In this document: one piece after another, positions 52,978-64,000 of the stretch
Position numbering within the stretch: position 1 is the stretch's first letter
Layout of the letters: each line of letters opens with the position of its first letter
NCBI GenBank assembly: GCA_951406725.2
Contig: OX597836.1
Span: 3,286,001 to 3,350,000 of the forward strand
DNA length: 64,000 nucleotides
Direction: 5' to 3'
Origin: Octopus vulgaris
Lineage: Eukaryota
Position numbers and translations under genes: made by a program
Notes under the pieces: generated by a model
Told to the model about the DNA's origin: nothing
The model's database searches: none
What the model saw: the letters and a program-made list of their open reading frames with translations, nothing else

Positions 52978-53452
52978 CTTAATGCTGCTAAAATTCTAGA
53001 GGTCTTTGTTTGTATCCGAAATATCTCAGAAAGAGTACATTTTATCTTAATTTTTTTGTATGCATATTTATTTTCATACCTACTTTCGCCAGTACAATAC
53101 AATTTTTCGACCTCTATTTATTAATGAAAAGGATTAAACAGGGCCTCTGTGGTGACAACACACATACACGCATACAGAATACTGTCACATATAATAAATG
53201 TCATGGCCTGTCAATGAACACAAACAGACGTCCACTACCGGTGCCATAAACACACACATAGTCTAAAAAGAATAAACGTCAACTTTTTGACGTACACAAT
53301 ATTTTAGTCATTCAGAAATATTTTTAACTGAATGTGATTTGAAACATGTAAGTTGTTTGTACAGTAAGTATGTATATTTTAGTTTTCTTTAAACAGACAA
53401 TATTTTTATGTTTTTTTTATTATTATTTTCAAGTTAATGATGTTCTTTCGCT

Positions 53453-53720
53453 TGTCATCCGAAGTTCGGTAATTTCCGTAAATTTTTTTAAATTATTTTT
53501 CTTTTGATTTGAAGTGAAAAAGTGAGGAAAGTGAAAGATGTATGCAGGTGTATATGATATGGACATGTGTGTGTGGAAGAGGGAAGAGAGGAAGTGAAGG
53601 GTGTGTTATGTATGCATACATACATCAATACATATGCGTACATCTTTTTTGTATGCAGGTGTGCATGTGTGAGAGAGAGACTGACTGAACGTGTGTTCTC
53701 ATGTGTGTGTGTAAGTGACA

Positions 53721-53761
<41 letters not shown>

Positions 53762-53877
53762 ACGTCCATTTCATATACAAGGCTTTCACTTTTTCCTCTC
53801 CTTCACTTTAAATCAAAAGTAAATAAATTTAAAAAATACGGAAATTAACGAACAAAACCAGCTGATCCGGATGACAG
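53453..53877. mobile_element. Fold-back/MITE-like element with ~120-bp imperfect inverted arms
   Basis: tgtcatccg..gttcggtaatttccgta..cttttgatttgaagtgaa..tgtatatgatatggac (53453-53565) is mirrored at 53763-53877. Confidence 0.8.
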
Positions 53878-54449
53878 TCCTGTGAGTCAGAGCGAACGCT
53901 TGCTCCAAGAGATACCGTTTTTCAAATGCATTCAATGTATCTTAGTTCCAAAGATTTGGCTGCTATTTCTAGCACGCTCCGCTACCACGTAACAGCTATT
54001 TGCCATGAAGGACCCGAAATAACTGTTACCTGGTAGCAGGGCGTGAAAAAAATAGTAGTCAAATATTTCCTTTTCTGGGGAGAGGAGCCGTTTACGCACG
54101 ATTTTGATGTCACATTCATTGAAAGCATGCAAAATAAGCTGGAAAAGAAAAAATATGATCCACGAAACAAAACTCCTTTGCTGGGAAACTCAAACTCTCC
54201 AGGTGGCGCAACGGTCACCTGTGTGTGTGTCTGTCTGTCTGTGTGTGCGTGTGTGTGTCTGTGTGTGTCTGACTGTGTGTGTGTCTGTGTATGTGTCTGT
54301 GTGTGTGTCTGTCTGTCTCTCTCTGTCTCTCTGTGCGTGTGTCTGTGTGCGTGCGTGCATGTGTGCATGCGTGTATGGATGCGTGTGTCTGTATGCGTGT
54401 GTTCGTATGTGTGTTTGTGTGCGTGTGAGAGAGAGAGAAAAACTGTTTC

Positions 54450-54625
54450 CTGTTGGTGTGTTTACGTCCCTGTAATCTAGCCGATCGGCAAATGAGACCG
54501 ATAGAATAAGCATCAAGCATTAAAACAAGGAAGGTCAGAGTTTGATTCATTCCACAAAAGATGCTCCAGAATGGCCCCGCAGCACGGATGCCGTCTAATA
54601 ACGAAAACAATTAAAGGATAAAAGT
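54450..54625 (+). mobile_element. SINE family B, 3' half, diverged
   Basis: tgttggtgtgtttacgtccctgtaatctagccgatcggcaaatgagaccgatagaataag. Confidence 0.75.
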
Positions 54626-54877
54626 GGTGTGTGTTTTCTCTGTACGCATAAGCTTGTTCACTTCTATTTAGTGAATATAATTGCTGATATCAAAACGCAG
54701 TAATTCTGTTTCCCCCACCAAAAAATGGCAAATACCAACAAAATTGAAACAAGAAGCGAAATAAAGGAAAACTCGAAGAAAATTGGTGTACAAGAAAATA
54801 AAACGGGAGAAAGAGAGGGAAAGACAAAAACAACAGAATGTAAATTGCTATACGAAAATAAAACGGAATACATACAC

Positions 54878-54910
<33 letters not shown>

Positions 54911-55212
54911 TGTATGTATGTATGTATGTATGTATGCATGCATGTATATACGAGGAAAACAAAAGGAAATATTACGAGATGGAAGATATAGGAAATATTT
55001 GTTGAGAAAGAAGTAAGGAGATTTTTATTGGATGATAAAACGATAAAAAAAAAACAGGAGTCTTTTCTGTGTATATAAAGTGTTTTTATCTACACACGTA
55101 TACATAATCTGATGCAGCGTTTTCTAAGTGTATGTATATGTAAATGAACACATATACACGTCTCTTTCTGTTTCTGTCTATCTCTGTCTGTCCTATTCTC
55201 TCCATCATTGTA

Positions 55213-55640
55213 TCATACATATATATATACATATACACATATATACATATACACATTTATATATACACATATATATATATATACACACACATATATATAC
55301 ACACATATATATATATATACATATACATATACATATACGTATATACATATATATACATATACATACATATACATACATGTACATATATACATATATATAT
55401 ACATATATACATATATACACATATATACATATATATACATATACACATATATATACATATACACATATATATACATATACACATATATATACATATACAC
55501 ATATATATACATATACACACATGTACATATATACACATATACATATATATACATATACATACATATACATACATATATATACATATATATACATATACAT
55601 ACATATATATACATATACATATATACATACATATATATAC

Positions 55641-55673
<33 letters not shown>

Positions 55674-56510
55674 CATATATATACATACATACATATACAT
55701 ATATATACATATACATATATATACATATATATACATATACATATATATACATATACATATATACACATATACATATATATACATATATACATATACATAC
55801 ATATACATATACATACATATACATATATACATATACATATACATACATATACAAATACATATATACATATACATATATACATATACATATATACATATAC
55901 ATATATATACATATACATATATACATATACATATATACATATATACATATACATATACATATATACATATACACATACACATATATATACATACACATAT
56001 ATACATATACATATATACATATACATATATATACATATACATATATATACATATACATATATATACATATATATACATATACATATATATACATATACAT
56101 ATATATACATATATATACATATACACACATATATACATATACATATACATATATATACATATATATACATATACATATATATACATATACATATATACAT
56201 ATATATACATATACATATATACATATATATACATATATACATATATATACATATATATACATATACATATATATACATATACATATATATATACATATAC
56301 ACATATATATACATATACACATATATATACATATACACATATATATACATATAAACATATATACATATACATATATATATATATGTACATATGTGTACAC
56401 ACACATATGTACATAACTATGTATATATATATATATATACATATATACACATATATATATACATATATACACACATATATATATATATATACACATATAT
56501 ATATATAAAT
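55213..56510. repeat. 1.3-kb cryptic (ATATAC/ATAC/AT)n alternating purine-pyrimidine satellite
   Basis: Directly visible; almost no G on the + strand; source of the 400-aa pseudo-ORFs. Confidence 0.95.
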
Positions 56511-57218
56511 ATGTTCACGTGTGTGCCCGTGTCATCGTGTGAATGTGTGTTTAATAAATATATATATATATCTGTAATAAATGCGTACATATATATGTTT
56601 GTGTGTGTGTATGTGTTTGCGGTAAATGTATGTATATACACATATGAAATATATATATATGTGAATGTGTATGTATCTGCGTAGAATAAATTATACTTAA
56701 ATGTTTTACTCGCTCGTATATGTTAGTAAATACATTTCCATGTATGTCTACGAGTTTACATATGTAAGTTCATGTTCTTAAAAATTGATTTATTCATATA
56801 TTCTATGAAATATATACACACATATGTCCAAACATATATTCTATACGCTCATAATAAACAGAAATATATACAGATGTATTAGAACTTATATGTCTGTGTG
56901 TGTGCGTGTGTACGTTTATATTATATATATATATACGCATATACACATATATATACACGTTTGTATGCTTATATGTGCATATACACATATATATACACGT
57001 TTGTATGCTTATATGTGCATAAATATATATGTATAGATATGTAGCCATATATATATATATATATATATACATACACACACACACAAATATATATACACAC
57101 AAACACACACATATATATACACACACACACACAAATATATATATACACACACACACACAAATATATATATACACATACACACACAAATATATATACATAC
57201 ACACACACAAATATATAT

Positions 57219-57281
<63 letters not shown>

Positions 57282-57776
57282 CACACACACACATATATAT
57301 ATATATACACACACACACACATATATATATATATACACACACACACACATATATATATATATACACACACACAAATATATATACACACACACATATATAT
57401 ATATGGTGGTGGTGTATGTATATATGTTGGTGTATACGTCTATGCGTTTATGTATATGCATATAAGTGTGTGAATATGTTGCGTTGTGTGGGTATATGTT
57501 ATACATAAGCGTATATGCGTATATAAATCTGCATATATGTGTATGTGTATTTTGTCTATACGTATACACCTGCGTATGTACACATAGTTTTGATGGACGT
57601 AGGTATTTCCTTCATTGTTTAAGATTAACTGGTACTGGACGGAAAGATGCGGAAATATATTAAAAAACAATATACAGAAAACGATATAACAATTTATAAA
57701 GTAATAAATGGCTGCTAAATGAAACGAGATCGAAAAATAAAATATACGATAACCAAAATGAAAATCTAAACAAATC

Positions 57777-57839
<63 letters not shown>

Positions 57840-58322
57840 TTATCGCCATACATAAACATTCTTGTCTACAACATAAACAAGTATAAATAATAATAAAAAT
57901 AAAACACGTAGGTAGATAATAAATAATGTATAGATAAATAGCGAAGAAAAGTGGGAAACAAAGATGGCGGTTTTGTACAAAATAATAGATGTGAGTGGAA
58001 AAGAGTAATAATGATGGATGCACAATAAGAAGGAAGTCGCTTATTCGCTTTGGTTCTCTTTTCAAAATGGTGAATGTATTGTATGTGAGAAAGCAGATTT
58101 CAGTGAGTGCGTGTGTTTGTGTGAGTGTGTTTGAGTCTATATCTGTGCTTCTGTGTGTGCGTAAATGCTTAAGTGTTTCTCTGTGTATGCTTTTATATGT
58201 TTTGTGGTTATGTCTGTGTAAGTGGGCGAGAGAGAGAGAGAGAGAAGTAAAGAGAGCGCGTACGTTTGAATGCGGACTGCAGTATTTGTGATTGCATGCT
58301 TGCATGAATGTTAATATATATA

Positions 58323-58680
58323 TTTTTTTCTAGTTTCAGCTCAGAGCTGCGGCCATGCTGATGCACCGCCGTTTTGTGCTACACCGTTATTACTAAGATC
58401 CTCCTCTAATATGCGGCACTTGGTGAAGAATGGAGTTTGGTATAGCTACCCTCATTTGCACCTCTTGCCGTGAGGTAGGTTCATCTGGGATTCTCGACAG
58501 GAAGAGGTCCAGCTTTGATTTAAAAACCCCTACATGTACTTTGTGCAAGTTCCCCAGACACTTTGCGAGAATATTAAAAAGCTGTGGGCACGTGAAATCC
58601 AGGCTGTTGCAGTAACTGGTCCTGAAGTGTGATGGCATTGCTGGGATCTTTGGCACTATGCAGTGTCGTCCCGTTGTCTA
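58323..58680 (-). mobile_element. CR1/L2-group LINE 3' end (ORF2 C-terminus, 3' UTR and tail)
   Basis: CIVPKIPAMPSHFRTSYCNSLDFTCPQLFNILAKCLGNLHKVHVGVFKSKLDLFLSRIPDEP has the N-x-L-P...FK-x-x-LD-x-x-L pattern of CR1-type ORF2 ends; tail ggcggtgcatcagcatggccgcagctctgagctgaaactagaaaaaaa. Confidence 0.8.
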
Positions 58681-59007
58681 GGTTTTTGTAGAAGGGTCGT
58701 CAGTATGTGTGTGTGTGTTCCGGATGTGTGAGTCAAGACTACATGTATCGGCCCAAACTTTGCTATGAAGTTAAGAAGTTTGGGTTTGCTCCCACGTCCA
58801 TGAACAAACTCTCATGTACATACACATCACACTGATTCGTGTACGTTGGCTGTGGAGAATCATGAACCATCCTTCTGCAAAGTTAGAGAGACAGAGACAG
58901 ACAGACAAAATGAAAGAGTGAAAGGGGAAGGAGAAAGAAGGGGTCAGCAATATCCATGTGTGTATGTTTGTTTGTATATATGTATGTATATAATATAAAC
59001 ATGTATA

Positions 59008-59193
59008 GGCGCAGGAGTGGCTATAGGCTCAGGAATGGCTGTGTGGTAAGTAGCTTGCTTACCAACCACATGGTTCCAGGTTCAGTCCCACTGTGTGACA
59101 CCTTGGACAAGTGTCTTCTACTATAGCCTCGGGTCGACAAAAGCCTTGTGAGTGGATTTGGTAGACGGAAACTGAAAGAAGCCCATTGTATAC

Positions 59194-59236
<43 letters not shown>

Positions 59237-59350
59237 ACTCACACCATCGCTTGACAATCGATGCTGGTGTGTTTAAGTCCCCGTAACTTAGCGGTTCAGC
59301 AAAAGAGACCGATAGAATAAGCACTGGTCTTATAAAGAATAAGGTGGTGG
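59008..59350 (+). mobile_element. SINE family B with duplicated 5' end and truncated tail
   Basis: ggcgcaggagtggct-ata-ggctcaggaatggctgtgtggtaag..., internal (TA)n(TG)n. Confidence 0.9.
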
Positions 59351-59862
59351 AATAAAAGAATCTAAAGGAATCCAGAGGGCAAAATGTATGTAGAGATTGA
59401 GTTATATTCAAAAGAAGCTTATGTTCAAGATAGCTTTATATTCAAAACATCTTAGAAGTATTTCGTAAATGAATATATCAGTTATTCAATGCTGTAACAC
59501 ACAATCAGATTACACCATCAAATCATCAGAGTTTATATATTGAATAAGTATTTGCTTTGGATAAAAGCATATAGATTCAGCAGACATTACATTATAGAAT
59601 TTCTTTAAAGTGGTTAATATGGTATTGGGGAGAAAATAGCTTATAACCAAGTGTATGTTATTTCGTTTGTAGTCTATAAGAATAGACACAATCATCTTTA
59701 GAGACAAACAAAGTTAGGATTCAAGATGGCAGAGCTAACGATGAAGATAAGTATAATAATCTGCATCGAAAGTGTATGCTTTATTTGTATCTCTAATACA
59801 TATCGTATAGCATACGCCAACATATGTATATAGAGGCATAAGAATGTACACCTAAATAAATA

Positions 59863-60077
59863 TACTTCTCTACTCTACGCACACGGGCTGAAATTTTATG
59901 GGAGAGGTCCAGTCGAGTAAAGCGACACCAGTGCGCATCTGGTACTAAATTTATCGACCCCGGAAGGATGAAAGGCGAAGTCGACCTCGGCGGAATTTGA
60001 ACTCAGAACGTAACGGCAGACAAAATACGGCTACGCATTTCGCCCAGCGTGCTAACGTTTCTGCCAGCTCACCGCCT
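59863..60077 (-). mobile_element. SINE family A, full length, with 16-bp TSD
   Basis: tacacctaaataaata at 59847-59862 and 60078-60093. Confidence 0.92.
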
Positions 60078-60096
60078 TACACCTAAATAAATAAAG

Positions 60097-60300
60097 GGCA
60101 CAAGGAGAGCAACTTCGGCAGGAGTGGGGGGTAAATCGATTAAATTGACCTCAATATTTCACTGGTACATAATTTATCGACCGTGAAAGGATGAAAGGCA
60201 AAGTCGACCTCTGCGGAATTTGAGCTCAAAAAGTAAAAGCGGATGAAATCCCGCTTAGCATTTTATCCGGCGTGCTAAAGTTTCTTCCAGCTCACTGTCT
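60097..60300 (-). mobile_element. SINE family A, older copy in tandem with the previous one
   Basis: ggatgaaaggcaaagtcgacctctgcggaatttgagctc...ccagctcactgtc. Confidence 0.88.
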
Positions 60301-60510
60301 TACACTTAAATACGTACATACAGCGAAATGAATATTGACATACATTGAAATAAATAAGTTTATGTGTGTGTGTGTGTGTGTGTGTGCATACATACAATAT
60401 ATATGCAAGATATGGATTTAACTTATCCAGGGGTACTAACAAAGAATTTCCTTCAGTGGACCAGGCAACAAACTAAATATATTTATTTAACCAGTTGATA
60501 TCTATCTATC

Positions 60511-60552
<42 letters not shown>

Positions 60553-60894
60553 TGTATACATATATGTATTATAATTACGTAGATAGGTAGGAAGGTAGGT
60601 AGGTAGGTATATCACCTGTGAATAGTACCAAATTAATATTTACAACGTTTGAAAAAAATCCATCTACCAATATTAATGGAATTCTACATCGATTGCGTAG
60701 GCACCATCCTAGTAATGGTGATGATGCTGATCTCTCACAATGGTTCCAGCACTGAAATACCTGAAAATGATGGAGAATAATGCAACTGATACGCATCAAC
60801 GCACCTTGTATCTTGAAGGCAACGAAAACATTTTTTCTGTATATTTGTATTTTCGGATCCATTCCATACTCTCTTCATGTATTTGTTTCCGTAC

Positions 60895-60992
<98 letters not shown>

Positions 60993-61269
60993 CACGTACC
61001 CGAAAAGCAATATGTTTCATAGTGATGAATGCTCTTAGAGAGATGCGCGTTATCCTCTCCACACCTAAATTTTCTACCGTATATTGAATATGCATACATA
61101 CGTATATGCACATGCGTATACGTACATGCATTCTACACCCATACACACACACATTTATAGTTAGATATAGAGTCATATACATAATGTGGCATCGGTTCAT
61201 ACTCTGTATGCCTATTATATATATATGTGTGTATATATATATATATATGTTTCTATGTATGTGTATATC

Positions 61270-61309
<40 letters not shown>

Positions 61310-61899
61310 TATATGTATGTGTATATCTATGTATATATATATATATATATATACATATATACACATATATATATATCTTTTTCCAAAATAAAAAAACTAC
61401 ACTTTGATGCCGTATATTGATTATAATCTTTAGCTGTTTTATTGGATTTTTTTTTTTTGTTTCCTTGATTTTTTTTTCTTTATTTGTTTTTACCATTTCA
61501 AGCCGCATATACTCTCTTGAATATTGTATTCTCTTGCCACAGGGTACAAATCTCAAGTACAATAAACAGGCAAACAAAGGCCACATCTACCTACCACCAC
61601 CACCCCCACACAGCACAATCACCACAACTGCAAAAAAAAAAAATATGGCGAAATCAAATATCAGAAAGAAAAAAAAAAAAACAAAAAGAAAACCAATGGT
61701 TGAAATTTTCAGATGTATCTATAGAATTCCAAGACTACAGAAGTACAGATCTGATGCCACCCATCCTTCCTTTCTGAGAATAGAATTCTGATTACGATCC
61801 ATGATCCATTTCTTGTTCAATTTCTTTCTGATATGATATGATATTTTACATTATCTGCCGAAAAAGGAATTCGCTTTTTCTTTTTTGTTTCTTTTTTAT

Positions 61900-62240
61900 A
61901 CATTATTATTATTATCATCACTATCGTTACCACTATTATCATTATTATTATATTTTTATTATTACTATTATTATTTTTATTATTACTATTATTGTTGTTA
62001 TTATTAGTAGTATATTTTTATTATTATTTTTATTATTACTATTATTGTTATTATTATGATTATATTTTTATTATTACTATTATTAATTTTATTATTATTA
62101 TTGTTATTATTATTATATTTTTATTATTACTATTATTGTTATTGTTATTATTATTATATTTTTATTATTGTTATTATTATTATATTTTTATTATTACTAT
62201 TATTATTATTATTATTATTATTGTTGTTGTTGTTGTTATC
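61900..62240. repeat. (ATT/GTT)n triplet low-complexity tract
   Basis: Directly visible. Confidence 0.92.
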
Positions 62241-62652
62241 ATGAAGATCATTTTGCATGATTCTATATAAAATACTATCGGAGAAAGAAGGGTGAGGGTA
62301 GGAAAGAAACGCAGCAGAAAGAGCAGCATCCATAACGGTAAGAATTACGAAGGTGTCGACATTGTGATGGCAACAGCAGCAGCAGCAGCAGCCACAGGAG
62401 TTGCAGCAATGCCAACAGAAGAAGCATTCTTAGAAAGAAAAGAAGAAAAAAAAACAAAACAAAAAGAACCGTTGAAGATGCCTGGATACGATATTGATGT
62501 TGTATGATTTGGCTGCAGGTAATTTTACCCGTGTTCTTAACAAAAGCCACATGATACGTTTAACAGTGCAAGACATTGTTTCCAAAGTTACTATCTGCGA
62601 GGCGAAGGATACAATAGGAAATATTCGATGGAAATCAATACGTATATCTGTA

Positions 62653-62697
<45 letters not shown>

Positions 62698-62819
62698 GTA
62701 TTCACACAAACACACAGATATATGTATATAATCATATATATATGCATGTACATATATTTATATGCATGTATTTATACATATTCTAAGAGAGAGAGAGAGA
62801 GCAGTATACATGTTGCTAT

Positions 62820-62839
62820 AAATATATATATATTATATA

Positions 62840-62886
<47 letters not shown>

Positions 62887-63078
62887 ATATATATATATAT
62901 ATCATATATGTGTGTATTTATATATATATATATCATATATGTGTATATATATATATATATATCATATATGTGTATATATATATATATATTATATATGTGT
63001 ATGTATATATATATATATTATATGTGTATGTATATATATATTATATATGTGTATGTATATATATATATATTATATGTG

Positions 63079-63124
<46 letters not shown>

Positions 63125-63255
63125 GTATGTATATATATATTATATATATATATATATATATATCCATACATACGTACATATATATATATGAATGTATGTG
63201 TATATATATATATATATGTACATATATGTATGCTTATATATATACATATATATAT

Positions 63256-63295
<40 letters not shown>
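62820..63295. repeat. (TA)n/(TG)n compound microsatellite
   Basis: Directly visible. Confidence 0.95.
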
Positions 63296-64000
63296 GCAAA
63301 TATGTGTATGCATGTATACATATGAATGTTCGAAATATTTGCTGAGGGTTCTTTTAATAAAAGGTCGATGGTATAACGATGTTTGAATGAATGATTCCGA
63401 ATTGGCCCCAACACATTGTATCTGCGCTTTCCGACATCTTTTTCTTGCTTCTTCTCTTTCTACCTGTTGAGTTGTGTAACGTGTGTGTGTGTGTTCATGT
63501 TGTCATCGGTCTTTCTACCTAACTTCAGCTGTTTCATCTCTCTCTCTCTCTCTTTCGATTTCACTTCCTCTCACCCTCTCTCTCTCTCTCTCTCTCTCTC
63601 CCTCTCGAAAATAGGTATTTTTTAAGAAATATTTTATACAAATACATTTCAAAGGATGTAGATTACGATTACAAAGAAATTTGTGGGAAAAATTTTTGGA
63701 AGGGGGCGAGGAGGGGGGCAGTTTCTAGAAAACGGAGTTTGGGATCAAACGGCTTTCATAAGTTTGGATTTCTCCGTTTTAGACGGGGAATTTTTCCAAT
63801 GTTTTTCACTAAAGTCTTCAGAATAATGGGAGACATATTTTTACGAAACCAAAAATGAAAAAAAAACTCACTCCCCTTGCCCCTTCACCACCCCAGTCCG
63901 AAATGATTTCGGCCATTTTTTTTTCACAACACACTTAAAACCCGGGAGAAAAACATTTTCGGTTTTAAAAAAAATTGTAAATAATTTCAGAGGAAAATGT

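Noticed and set aside
55128-56508. 400-450-aa ORFs in all six frames, and the many [16 protein letters not shown] ORFs throughout the window
   Set aside because: Translations of dinucleotide-type microsatellites that cannot contain stops; no domain content
62292-62507. 71-aa ORF with poly-Ala and Lys-rich segments
   Set aside because: GTG start, low complexity from (CAG)n and A-runs, no recognised homology or acceptor

Overview
Eukaryotic, AT-rich, extremely microsatellite-dense DNA that is mostly intergenic or intronic. The tRNA-derived SINE families and repeat landscape look like Octopus (coleoid cephalopod); this is inferred from recalled repeat sequences, not from a search. There is no intact protein-coding gene, and almost all of the ORF track is (TA)n/(CA)n/(GATA)n artefact. 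Supportable content: one candidate terminal coding exon (1052-1183); decayed mariner (DD34D-like) and maT-like (DD37D) transposase fragments; RTE and CR1-like LINE 3' fragments; many copies of at least three SINE groups; several MITE/fold-back elements; and a possible solo LTR. The most interesting layer is RNA structure. At least seven minimal type-I hammerhead-ribozyme-like motifs from several repeat families are present, of the kind carried by Penelope-like element pseudo-LTRs or retrozymes. They include one canonical core, one with a compensatory G3-C8 swap and two with a shared U6 core. A 3' stem-loop is shared by a LINE and a SINE with fully compensatory stem changes, and there is evidence of serial SINE insertion into the same target site. 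All calls are by eye; family names are tentative.
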